Source: Azolla caroliniana (taxonomy: Eukaryota; Plantae; Polypodiophyta). Taken from it: 64,000 nt of DNA. The stretch is from positions 15,996,001-16,060,000 of the forward strand of contig JBHGNT010000008.1 of NCBI GenBank assembly GCA_043228905.1, given 5' to 3'. Of this stretch, positions 1 through 10,734 are shown piece by piece. A model generated the notes under the pieces. It made no database searches. It was given only the letters and a program-made list of their open reading frames with translations, and was not told the DNA's origin. Numbering within the stretch: position 1 is the first letter of the stretch; each line of letters opens with the position of its first letter. The position numbers and the translations under genes are program-made.

Positions 1-108
1 TCTTATTATTCATAACTAGCCTTAAGTGGTATTCCTCTTCCTCCTAGTCCAAAACCTCGGCGGTTTCCACCCGATTCACGCAACGATCCGGAGCCGAAAG
101 GCACGACA
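1..108 (+). repeat. G1 5' LTR (3' end only)
   Basis: Direct repeat of 6381-6488 ending in GCACGACA. Confidence 0.95.
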
Positions 109-112
109 CAGT

Positions 113-130
113 TGGTGAACCCGACGTGAA
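113..130 (+). promoter_or_regulatory. Primer binding site complementary to tRNA-Trp
   Basis: TGGTGAACCCGACGTGAA is the reverse complement of the plant tRNA-Trp 3' end (..UUCACGUCGGGUUCACCA) and lies 4 nt after the LTR. Confidence 0.85.
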
Positions 131-146
131 AACGGGTGGCAAGGAG

Positions 147-2189
147 ATGGAAAATCAACCGGAGGCTAGCAACATGATGATGATGTTCGAGCGCATGCTA
201 CAAGAACAACGCGCGATGTCGGAGATAGCGGCATCAGTGGAGCGGCTCGTGCAACGAAACGGACAATTCAACGGGAAAGACGTGTCGCGGTATCTTCGGG
301 ATTACAAGGCGGAGATGCTACAGTGCGGAATATCGGAAGGACTGCAAGTGACATCCTTCAACCGGGTGGCGACCGACGGGCTTCAAGCAAGCATCCATGG
401 GCTACGACAGCAAAATCCGACATGGGAGGCGTTTGAAGTAGAGCTAAAGAGGACGTTCGCCATCGAGGATTCCTCCAAGGCGACGCGAAGGGGATTCGAA
501 GATTGGGTGGAGACGCCGGACAAGGGATTGAAGGTCGTTGATGTGTTTTCGGCATTCGAAAGCCGGTTCGGGAGGTTGTCCGCGAGAGATCAAGCTATCC
601 TCGTACCGGACAAGGTGATCATGTTCTTGCGAGCCGTGGACGTCCGGGACCGGAAAGATCTCGGAGTGCTCTTGGAGGACACGACCACGGAGAGCGGCCT
701 CACCGAAACATGGGAAAGCGTGCGGGATATCGTCGCGCGATACACGAAGAGGGGGCAATGGCTTGCCGACGAGGAAAAGAGGGTTTCGGAACCGATTCCG
801 AAACCGAGAACCGGATTGGAAGACCATCAACTGAGGGCTCGAGAGACTACAACCGAGAAGGGGATTGATGCATCTACGGTGGAGCAACTATTGAAGGAGA
901 TGGAGAATATGAAGATTGCGATGGTGAAGAAGTCGGATGACCGCCCCACAAGCTCCAAGTATACGGACCGACGGTGCATATGGTGCGATAGCGCCGAACA
1001 CGATCGGAGGGATTGCGACGAGCATAAGGAGGCGCTACGGCGGGATCTCATCTACTACGAGGGAAACCGGATTCATTCGATGGACTCTTGGAAGCCACTC
1101 CGACCGAACTTCCGGAAAGGCGGCATGAAGAAGGTGCTCGAGGAGGAATTGGTGGCGATAAGCAACTATGCGACAACCGCGGGAATATGTGGCGGGGAGT
1201 CATCGAGAGCAAAGACGTTTTTTTGGCCGGAAGTTCTAGAAAACACCGAGAAAACCGACTCCAACGAGATCCGAAGCACCGCGGAAGATGTCCGGGAAGC
1301 TACGGGATGGGAGTGCCCTGTCGACAAGAATAGCGTATACGCCCTGTGTCAATTGCATAAGGTGTATGTGGACGAGAGACGACGACGCACGGAGGATGCG
1401 GCCGGGCCATCAAAGATACCGGAAAGCTGGAACTCCGGAGGTAAGGGAAAAGAAAAGGCGACTCCGGCATTCAAGCTCGCCTCGGACATAGAACAACAAA
1501 CCGACTTGAAAAGAGTGTTCGAGGAAAGAATCTTGGATAGCCGGGTAGATTTCTCGCTTCGAGAGCTACTCGGAATAGCAAAGAAGGAGTTCCACGATCT
1601 TCTCGTGGATCTCGTGAAGCGAAAAAGACAAAGTACGGAGGAAAATGCTCCAAGGGTGAATGCGAACACCGTTTTAATGAACGACACCGAAGCGGAGGAC
1701 GAAATTCCGAACTCCCACTATACAAGGCCACATTGGGCACACGCGACTACGGAGACTCCGGTCCGAATCGGCAACATCAAAGAACCCGTGCTAGCATTGA
1801 TTGATCACGGATCGGAGATCAACTTGATGTCCAAGGAGTTCTACCGGAAGGGGAAGTGGCCTATTAACACCAACCATGGATGGAAGATTCGGGCGGCCAC
1901 CAAAGCAACGGAAGATCTATTTGCGGCTTGTCCGGATGTGACGGTGAAGATCGGGGATGTCGAGATTGACCAAAATTTCTTCGTGCAAGATGAGGTTTCA
2001 CATTCCGTCATCCTCGGCCAACCCTTTATCACGGCATCACGGATGGAGACGAAGGTGCTCGATAGCGGTGCGGCTTTTGCGCGAATTTGGAGCCAAAACA
2101 GTGGGAAATCCGTCCAATTCCTAACAGTGCCGGCAAATCACGAAAGGAACAAGAGGGAACTCTTGTCCCAAGTGAGAATGGATTTTTAA
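147..2189 (+). CDS. gag: G1 Gag-protease (ORF1)
   Basis: Open 126-2189 with first ATG at 147. Zinc knuckle CIWCDSAEHDRRDC, retropepsin motif LIDHGSEINLM and ILGQPF. Confidence 0.9.
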   Translation: MENQPEASNMMMMFERMLQEQRAMSEIAASVERLVQRNGQFNGKDVSRYLRDYKAEMLQCGISEGLQVTSFNRVATDGLQASIHGLRQQNPTWEAFEVELKRTFAIEDSSKATRRGFEDWVETPDKGLKVVDVFSAFESRFGRLSARDQAILVPDKVIMFLRAVDVRDRKDLGVLLEDTTTESGLTETWESVRDIVARYTKRGQWLADEEKRVSEPIPKPRTGLEDHQLRARETTTEKGIDASTVEQLLKEMENMKIAMVKKSDDRPTSSKYTDRRCIWCDSAEHDRRDCDEHKEALRRDLIYYEGNRIHSMDSWKPLRPNFRKGGMKKVLEEELVAISNYATTAGICGGESSRAKTFFWPEVLENTEKTDSNEIRSTAEDVREATGWECPVDKNSVYALCQLHKVYVDERRRRTEDAAGPSKIPESWNSGGKGKEKATPAFKLASDIEQQTDLKRVFEERILDSRVDFSLRELLGIAKKEFHDLLVDLVKRKRQSTEENAPRVNANTVLMNDTEAEDEIPNSHYTRPHWAHATTETPVRIGNIKEPVLALIDHGSEINLMSKEFYRKGKWPINTNHGWKIRAATKATEDLFAACPDVTVKIGDVEIDQNFFVQDEVSHSVILGQPFITASRMETKVLDSGAAFARIWSQNSGKSVQFLTVPANHERNKRELLSQVRMDF

Positions 2190-5100
2190 AGCGGACTGTT
2201 GTGGAGTGGGGAAGTGATTGTCCGAGAAGCCCTGATACCCCACATAGGAAGAAAACTCTCGGAGCAAAACATGTACGAATCGGTCCGGATGGGGCATCTA
2301 CGTACACGACCGTAATCGGAGGATTGAAGAAAGGATACCGACAAGTGGAGGATAAGTTGCGGTCGGCATCAATAATAAAAGAAGATGAAGAAATCGTGGG
2401 GATAGTCCAGGAAGTGTTCTATGGGAGCACGCTACAACGACTTGAAGAGCTTGCGGAAGATAAAAGCCAAGGGAATCGGGTAGTCCCGGTGGAATCGGTC
2501 GAGATGTATGAGATCATTGCGAAAATGGAGCCGGATACGCTCCGTAAAGAAGAAGCAATGGTAAGTACGAAATACAAGACCGTGGATAAGAAGGTGAAAC
2601 CGGCCGCGGGACCACGACCCGCCGATAGCGAACAAAAGAGGAAAGAAGTCTCAGGAGATCCGACACTTCGGAAGTCCGTGGATATCGGACATGCCTTCAC
2701 GGATGAGACCCGGAAGAAACTTCGGATCGGTGGAGGTGGGTTCCTATTACAGAAAGAAGAAGAACGGTTTCGCGAGATGTTGGAGCAACACGGCAAAGCG
2801 TTTGCATTTACATCAAGGGAGATAGGGTGTGTCGATCCGAGAATAGTGGAGCCAATGGTGATCTTTACGATTGACCATGTACCGTGGAATCTGAAGCCGA
2901 TTCCGGTGCCACGAGCGCATATTCCGAAAGTCATTGACTTGCTCAAGGAGAAGGTGGCGATGGGGATTCTAGAGCCATCAACTGCTCCGTACTCAAATCG
3001 ATGGTTTACGGTTCCGAAGAAGAATGGGTCACTCCGATTTATCCAAGACTTGCAACCGGTGAATAAGGTCACGATCCGGAACTCGGGAGTCGGTCCGATA
3101 GTGGACGAATTTGTGGAAGCTTTTGCCGGTCGTGCGATATACTCCATCGGAGACCTATACTCAGGGTATGACCAATTCCAACTAGCCGTGGAGAGCCGAG
3201 ACATCACAACCATGCGAACACCGATAGGATTAGTCCGAATGTGCACACTACCACAAGGAGCGACAAACTCGGTTGCTCATATGATGAACGCGATGAACAA
3301 GGTGCTTCGAGACTGCATTCCGGAGATAACGATGCCGTTCCTCGATGACATTCCGATGAAAGGATGCGCGGTCGAAGAAAAAGATGAGACTATGGATGAT
3401 CGGGGATGTCGAAAGTTCGTGGTCGACCATATTCATGCTTGCAAGAAAGTGTTGCGAAAGCTAGAAGATGTGCACCTAACACTTTCCGGGGAGAAATCGG
3501 CATTCGGGCAAGAAGAAATATTGGTGGTCGGACATCTATGTGGGCCCTACGGCCAAAGACCGTCACCAACAAAGATCGATGCGATTCAAGCTATGGAGGA
3601 AGTATGCGAGTCAACATCCGAAGTCCGAAGGTTTCTCGGTGCATGTGCATTCTATCACATATGGATTCCGCACTATGCACATATAGCGGACCCGCTCTAC
3701 CACTTGTTGCGGAAAGGTAAGAAATTCGAATGGAAACCGGAACACACCAAAGCCATGAAGAAATTGAAGAAGACACTTCGGAGGGCGGAAGCACTTAAGA
3801 AGCCGAGCTACGACCGACCGATCATAGTAACGGTTGATACAAGTCCAACCGGTATCGGGTGGGTCATCAATCAAGCCGACTCGGATGGTTCGCGGTATCC
3901 GATCCGATTCGGAGCAAAGGTTCTCAACGAAAGGCAACGTGGATATGCACAAGTCAAAAGAGAACTGTGGGGAGTCGTGTCGGCGATAAAATCGGATCGG
4001 GATTATTTGATCGGAGCCGAAGTGGTGATCGAGACGGATTGTCTTCCGATACTCGGGATGATGCGGTGTTGTACGATACCAGATGTAGCTATGCTAAGGT
4101 GGGTTGCATATGTCAAGTCGCTTAATCCGGAGGTTCGACACATCTCGGGGAAGGAAAACGCGGTAGCGGATATGTTATCAAGGGCTCGGTTCGGAGACGA
4201 CATAACCGAATCGGATAATGAAGAAGTTTCCGAAGACTACTTCGCGTCGGAGCACATATGCCGAGTGAACGTAATCCGAGAATTTCGGGAAGAAGAATAT
4301 GAGGGAGAAAGTTTGATGATCGGAAAGATGTTACAAGAGGCCGAGGACTCGACAAACGATAAAGGAAGAAGAGCCGAGATCCGAAGGAAGAAGAGGCAAG
4401 TCCAAAAGTTCTTCTTGGAAAACGGATTAATATGGAGGGCGCCGAAAAGACCGGATGGTATACCACTTCGAGTAGTCGGGACAAAAGAGCAACGAAACCG
4501 GATAATGTCCGAGTTTCACGAATCCGATTGGGCTGGACACCGAGGAACATGGGCAACATTTGTGAAGATCAAGCAAAAATATTGGTGGAAGAAAATGTAC
4601 AAAGATATCGCGGAGTTTACCGAAAGCTGCGAGAAATGTCAAGTCTACTCCGGGGTTCGACATCGAGATGAGTTACATCCGACATTCTCACCGACAATCA
4701 ACTTCAAGTGGATGGTCGACATAGTGGCCATGCCGACCGGGATCGGACAAAAGAAATACTTGGTATTAGCTCGGGAAGATCTCACGAATCAAGTAGAAGG
4801 TCGAGCGCTTCAGAGGAAAACGTGTTCCGCGGTATGCCAATTTCTTTTGGAGGAAGTATTTTGCAGGTACGGGTGCGTAGGACAAGTGATTGCAGACCGA
4901 GGAGAACTCGACTCGGACAAAGCTAGGGGATTCTTCGCCAAACACGGAGTTCGGTTATCGCTGACAACGGCATACAATCCGGAGGCCAACGGGAAAATCG
5001 AACGAGGACATAGTCCGATCGTGAAAGCACTTGCAAAGGCATGCGATGGAAAGGTGAAGGACTGGCCGCAGATGCTTCCGTATGCACTATGGGTGGATCG

Positions 5101-5821
5101 GACGACGCATAGCTCCATAACCGGTTACATGCCGGCAGAACTCATGACCGGACAAGCACCGGTAATGCCGACGGAAAACGCAATCGCAACATGGACAGTG
5201 CTACCGTGGAAGGAAGAGATGAGCCGGGAAGAACTACTAGCAGTCCGGATACGACAACTAGAGGGGAGACCGGCAGACATAGCGGAAGCAATACGCCGAC
5301 AACAAGAAGCACGATTAAGGAACAAAAGCCGGTTCGACACAAAGCACCGACTACGACCGAGGAGGATTGAAGAAGGAGATTGGGTGATCGTCTATGACAG
5401 TAGTTTGGACCATCAACATACAACGATGCGGAAATTCGCGAAAAGGTGGTTCGGGCCATACGAGGTTCGGAAAGTCTTTGACAACGGAACGTACCGACTG
5501 TCCGAGTTGGATGGAACAATACTACGAGTGCCTATAGCCGGGAAGCGGGTGAAGATTTTCAAGAAGCGGACCGACGACAAACCCTATGTGATCCAAGCCA
5601 AGGCCGACAACGAGGAGCAATCGGATGAAGACCACGGTGATGCGGGAAGCGAAGAAAGTGAATTACAACTCATAGTCGACATAAGGGGAGAATCGGAGGA
5701 AGCTTTGGGTGAAGACGGATATGGGGAATCGAGAACTTCGGCACATACCGGAGGATGTGCGGGTTCGGAGGGGGCGAGTGTCGTAGTGTATTCTGCACAC
5801 TATGTGAAAACCATAAAATAA
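2180..5821 (+). CDS. pol: G1 Pol (RT-RNase H-integrase), in the -1 frame relative to ORF1
   Basis: RT motifs DLYSGYDQF, LPQG and FLDD. RNase H VDTS...ELWGV...NAVADMLSR. Integrase H..H..CEKC zinc finger, DDE core and GPY motif. The stop codon lies inside the 3' LTR. Confidence 0.95.
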   Translation, partial: GFLKRTVVEWGSDCPRSPDTPHRKKTLGAKHVRIGPDGASTYTTVIGGLKKGYRQVEDKLRSASIIKEDEEIVGIVQEVFYGSTLQRLEELAEDKSQGNRVVPVESVEMYEIIAKMEPDTLRKEEAMVSTKYKTVDKKVKPAAGPRPADSEQKRKEVSGDPTLRKSVDIGHAFTDETRKKLRIGGGGFLLQKEEERFREMLEQHGKAFAFTSREIGCVDPRIVEPMVIFTIDHVPWNLKPIPVPRAHIPKVIDLLKEKVAMGILEPSTAPYSNRWFTVPKKNGSLRFIQDLQPVNKVTIRNSGVGPIVDEFVEAFAGRAIYSIGDLYSGYDQFQLAVESRDITTMRTPIGLVRMCTLPQGATNSVAHMMNAMNKVLRDCIPEITMPFLDDIPMKGCAVEEKDETMDDRGCRKFVVDHIHACKKVLRKLEDVHLTLSGEKSAFGQEEILVVGHLCGPYGQRPSPTKIDAIQAMEEVCESTSEVRRFLGACAFYHIWIPHYAHIADPLYHLLRKGKKFEWKPEHTKAMKKLKKTLRRAEALKKPSYDRPIIVTVDTSPTGIGWVINQADSDGSRYPIRFGAKVLNERQRGYAQVKRELWGVVSAIKSDRDYLIGAEVVIETDCLPILGMMRCCTIPDVAMLRWVAYVKSLNPEVRHISGKENAVADMLSRARFGDDITESDNEEVSEDYFASEHICRVNVIREFREEEYEGESLMIGKMLQEAEDSTNDKGRRAEIRRKKRQVQKFFLENGLIWRAPKRPDGIPLRVVGTKEQRNRIMSEFHESDWAGHRGTWATFVKIKQKYWWKKMYKDIAEFTESCEKCQVYSGVRHRDELHPTFSPTINFKWMVDIVAMPTGIGQKKYLVLAREDLTNQVEGRALQRKTCSAVCQFLLEEVFCRYGCVGQVIADRGELDSDKARGFFAKHGVRLSLTTAYNPEANGKIERGHSPIVKALAKACDGKVKDWPQMLPYALWVDRTTHSSITGYMPAELMTGQAPVMPTENAIATWTVLPWKEEMSREELLAVRIRQLEGRPADIAEAIRRQQEARLRNKSRFDTKHRLRPRRIEEGDWVIVYDSSLDHQHTTMRKFAKRWFGPYEVRKVFDNGTYRLSELDGTILRVPIAGKRVKIFKKRTDDKPYVIQAKADNEEQSDEDHGDAGSEESELQLIVDIRGESEEALGEDGYGESRTSAHTGGCAGSEGASVVVYSAHYVKTIK

Positions 5822-6488
5822 TATATCCGATTTTAGATACATATAAATAAATAAATAATATATCAAAAAGAATTTATCACGTGCATAGGGCAAGATTCGA
5901 ACCATGCACCTCCACATAGATAAACCCCAACTTTACCATTGTAATAACTTATCTTTAATGTTATAAATATAGATTTAATACGTATAGGACCTTTATTTAC
6001 ACATACCTTTATTAAAAAGGTAAAAATCATGTATTCTCTAGAGTGTGAATATTTTATTTACACGTGACATTAAAAGTGACTCATGCACATCTAGCGTGCA
6101 TGAGCCCTATATTTAGGAAATGACAAAGCATCACATGCACATTTAGTGTGCATGGGCACTTTAGGTGAAAAAGCATGAAGCCATGCTTAGCCTCTTCCAT
6201 CTTTATATAAGGAGGAGGGAAATATGTATATGGTTGTTGATTAATATACAAGGATTGATCAATCTAATATATTCGGGGGGGGATTCACGAATTTTGCCAT
6301 CTAATTGCTCTTATAATCTAAATATTGTTTTAAAATGCACTAAACTCGTGGGATTCACGAGATTACTATCTTACTTCTCTTCTTATTATTCATAACTAGC
6401 CTTAAGTGGTATTCCTCTTCCTCCTAGTCCAAAACCTTGGCGGTTCCCACCCGATTCACGCAACGAATCGGAGCCGAAAGGCACGACA
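5779..6488 (+). repeat. G1 3' LTR (710 bp)
   Basis: TGTCGT...ACGACA termini, preceded by a PPT; TATA-like TATATAA near 6204. Confidence 0.95.
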
Positions 6489-7019
6489 GCGTTGTGGGCG
6501 TATCGTACGACTTTCAAAACAAGCATCCAATCAACCCCCTTTCGAATGGCGTTCGGGTTAGAAGCCATAATGCCCGTCGAGTTCCAAGTTCCGAGCCTCC
6601 GAGTTCAAATCACAGCACGGCTCCCCGAGGCCCTATCCGAGCAATACCGGCTGGAACAACTCCTCGAACTCGGCGAACATAGGATAGAGAGTATGGCCTA
6701 GCTCGAACAACGCCAACGGCAACGCAAGGCTTTCGTGGATCGACATCAACACGGGCTGGAAAAGGAGCTCACCATCGGCAAACCGGTTCTTCTTTTTCAA
6801 ACGCGACTCGGGTCTATGCCGGGAAAATTAAGATTTCGGTGGACCAATCCATTCTGGATTATCGACGAGTTCAACGGGATGTTCCAGCTCGGCACACTCG
6901 CCGGCGACACTGTCAAAAGCTGGGCCAATGGGTTCCGACTTCGACCATATCGAGGCACTACACCACCCAACCCGTTTCGGGAAATCACCATGGAGGAGGC
7001 CACGTGTCCCCCTCAATAA
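6489..7019 (+). pseudogene. G2 integrase C-terminus with an in-frame stop
   Basis: LWAYRTTFKT..PFRMAFG..MPVEF and KLRFRWT.PF closely match the G3 integrase. Confidence 0.9.
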
Positions 7020-7543
7020 GGACTCACCCACCTTCTTGAAATTAATAAAAGTAGTAGTAGGTAGGATTAACCATAGTTTAGCCACCGATTAGCTACAGCT
7101 ACACCACCCACCTAGGCACCCACAAATTTAGGAGCACCCCTCGCCACCACTCATTTAGTACCTATTTAAGCACATGCAAAGCACTGGAAGCACCCCACTT
7201 ACCTTCAGGACACGTGGTGTTAGTCACTTATTATCACACCCACGACTCAGAATCTTTAGGATTCGCTTCAGGCACAAAACCCTAGGAGTAAGTTACTAAA
7301 ACCGTTTCCAAAACGCAGCACAGACGCAGAAGTTCATTATCACTCCCAATCTCCATCGCTCTCAAGCTCAGAAACCCCGTCTCGCTCTCATCGCTATAAA
7401 CGCTCTTGCTCTCAAGCCCTCTTTCGCTCTCATAACCCCTCTACTGAACTTCCCCTTCCTGCTGTTCCTCCTCTGTCTCGCCCTCGCCTCATCACTCTTC
7501 TTCACATTTCCACACAGTCAAACCCCGTCTCCATCTCCACCAG

Positions 7544-10500
7544 GCCTCTTACCACTTCAATAGAAACCCGCGCCTGGCTCCAGGAATGAGGAATGGGCGG
7601 TTACCTGAAGATCATCGATGCCCCCGCGCACCCAGATGCCCAAGGTGTGGCCAAACGTATTTGTCCCGAAGCCATCACCAACAACGTGCTTTGGGTTGTT
7701 TTGGAACTGCAACGGGGAGGGGACCATGAGGTCGACCTACCCCCGGCATCGAAGATGAAAGCGTACTTCGGTGAGTACTCAGCCTCAGGGAAAGCATATC
7801 GCACGTATGGCGATCCCAACAGAGCTTTCGGGGAGATTGCTCGTATATTAATGGAGTATGCGTTCGTGCATACGAACCCAACGAGCATGCCGCAGAACAA
7901 GGCAGCCATCATCATCAGCGCGTATGAAGGAAATAGAATCGATTGGGAATCATCACAGGCGAAGGACTCCGTACCGTCTTAGCTTCATTTCAGTTCGGTA
8001 AGAAGATGTTGTCTGTTCTTACCCACTTTTTGATGGTTCTATACCCACCCTCTTCTCTTCCTGCCCCTCGCACACTCACGTCCCCACCACCACCACGAAG
8101 GAAGAAAGAGAAATTCGTTGCCATCAGCCACGAAGCATGGGAGGAGCCCACATCACCTCCACCTCCTGCCGCCGACCAAAACCCCGCATCTACAACACCA
8201 CCCACCCAACCCCAACAAAAAAGGGCAGTTTCCGAGACCTGCCAAGAATGGGAGGAGGAGGTAGCCATGGAGGACAACACGGCAGATGATGTCACCATTC
8301 GACAGCCAACGTCGCACCCCTCGGTAACTTCCCTAGGGCCTAGCCCATGCCCCAACACACAGCAGGCTGCACCACCACGACCCTAGAAAAGGAAGCAGGC
8401 GGAGGAAACGACACTACCGGCCCCGGAACCCCAAACACAGCCGAGCAAGAGAAGACGACTCAACCGCGAGTTCTCGGAAGAATAGAAAGAGCCACAACAG
8501 GAGCAAGCCTTAGTTGTCAGACAGAGCAACCTGGCCATCATCCCTGAGGAGGCATCGCTGAACTAGGGAAAGATCGAGCATGGGCAGACAACGCAGATCT
8601 CGGAGGATGAAGTCCTCGGGTATAAAGACCCCCCCGCGGAGGCTTACGAATTTAGTGCGCTCCTACGCCTCGGTACGACATTCGAGCTGGTCGACTTCCT
8701 CGCTAGAGCCCAAGTCGCGGCAGCTGCTCCAATGGCGGAAGAGCACGCCGAAACAAAAATGATTCAACGCGCGCTAATAGGTGAAATTGAGCCCCAGGAG
8801 GACAGGGCTTTACAAAAAATCGGGAGAAAGAAGCAAGCAAAACAAGCCGCTCTCCTCATGGAGGTCCCCGAGTTGAACACGGCCCTTATCGAGGCATATA
8901 GGAACTTGGATCGCACTATGCGGGCAGCCAAAGACATGGCCCGAAAGATAAAAATAGCCCAAAAACAGGATAAGATGGCTACAGAATTATGGCACGCTGC
9001 GAAACAGAAGCTGGCAGCCTAGGAGCAAAACCGGCCGGAACAACAACTCTTGAGCCTTCCGACCACGACCACCGAGGCCCTCCCAGCCCCTCCACGCATA
9101 ACAATGATGGATGAAAGCACCGTCACAGTTTCAATCCTGACGATGCAGGCCAGTACACAAACGGACTCGTTACAAATGGTCGATGCCTGCACAACAACCG
9201 AGGCGGCCACGCCCATGGAGAAGACCGAGATACCACCCCCTCGTGCACCCAAGGAGGTGGCAACCCATACAGAACCCCCGCTTCGGGATTACCGCGCGGA
9301 GCTTAAAGAAGAACAACGGCGAACCGAGAGACACAAACAACGGCATCAGGAGGCGATGGATCGCCTAAAAGAAGAAGCTTCCAAGCAGATGGCCGAGATT
9401 AGAGACCAGGCCGGCCAAAGGATACACGAGCAGAACGAAGCACTGGGCCGGTTACAAGCGCAAGCCGCGGGCAAAGAAGCCGAACTCAAAAGAAAGCTGG
9501 AGGAATACGCAGCCACAGTGGCAAAGAAAGAGAAGGAGGTCCTAGACCTACAGGTCGCGCTCGACAATGCAAAAGACTGGAACCATCGGCAGGAGGAAAG
9601 AAATCGCGAACGGGAGGAGAGAATGATCGCGGAGAATGCCGAGCTGTAGAGTCAGCGTACGACCCTTAAAGAAATGGCTGACGAGTTTTTCATCAAATGC
9701 AAGCTACTTTCAGAGCAAAAAGACGAATTATCGGATTCCTACTTCGCCCTACAAGAAGAGAAAATCGTCAAACGGGAACAAGTCCGGGCCGCGTGTCAAA
9801 AAGAATGGGAGCAAGCCACCGAAGAACTCACCAAGCATTACGAGCAGGCTATCCAGCTCATAACTGTAGAAGCAAAGAACACTCAAGCCCTCTATGAACT
9901 ACGAGCAAAGAAACTTCAGGCCGAGGTCGACGGCTTAAAACAAGAATTAGCAGTCATCCGAGCACAGCCCGGCATGGATGAGACACGCATCAGAATACTG
10001 ATCGAGAAACAACGCCAGCACCTTACCAAAAAGGTCGAGGAAACATTAAGTCGCGCAGGAGACAAATGGGCAGCCCAAGCTGCTGAATTGCATATTTTAC
10101 TCGCCGACGCCGAGAACCGACGGAAGGAGGGTCGCGGCTTCTACAAAATAGACGAAGCCAGCATACAAAACCTGCGTGCAGATTTAACCGAGGATTACCA
10201 GTCCTTGGCAAAATCTCACACCGCGGCAATCGAGCAAATAATGGAGGACTTCAATGACGGTCAGATGCTGTTTCGCCTGGAAGCAGAAGCCTTCGAACGA
10301 GAACGACTCACAGCCATCCCAACCAGCCCTCCAACAGCCACAGAGCAGAAGGAAGAACCTTCCAGCAAGGAGATCACGAACACGGCACAGGAGGAACTTG
10401 CCCCGGCCAACAGACATCCCATGGACGCCCACACGGTACCAGATCCAATCGAAGTAGAGATCAGCGCCCTCGAACCCACACCCCCACCAGAAGAATCGGC

Positions 10501-10636
10501 CGTAGTTGAGGCGGACGCCCGAGAAGATATGACACCCCCGGACCAAACTCAACCCCCCGCACTAATAGTCCAACTAGACCACCCTGCCACCACCCCGGAC
10601 CCCGAAAACATCCTCGACATCTTAAAAGAGGAATGA
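7544..10636 (+). pseudogene. G2 extra 3' ORF (coiled-coil protein), broken by stops and frameshifts
   Basis: Fragments 7593-7982, 7943-8386, 8732-9022, 9050-9649 and 9674-10636. Shares YFGEYS...KAYRT, AYEG..ID, QAAEL..L.ADAENR.K and LDIL.E with the G3 extra ORF. Confidence 0.85.
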
Positions 10637-10734
10637 AATGAGGATCACGCCTAAAAGGCAATTTTTGTAATATTGTTAGTATTTTGTAAGTCGTGGGTCC
10701 GACGGACAAGGTCCTGTCCCACGGGTGTGCTAGG

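Larger units (their letters stand above)
1..6488 (+). mobile_element. G1: Ty3/gypsy LTR retrotransposon, non-chromovirus, coding-intact; 5' LTR cut by the window edge
   Basis: 1-108 matches 6381-6488 with about 4 differences. The 3' LTR 5779-6488 has TGTCGT...ACGACA termini. PBS at 113-130, PPT GGAGGGGGCGAG before 5779, domain order Gag-PR-RT-RH-IN. Confidence 0.95.

Noticed and set aside
5580-5821. Chromodomain at the end of the G1 integrase
   Set aside because: The tail is acidic and low-complexity, with no YLVKW / TWE motifs.
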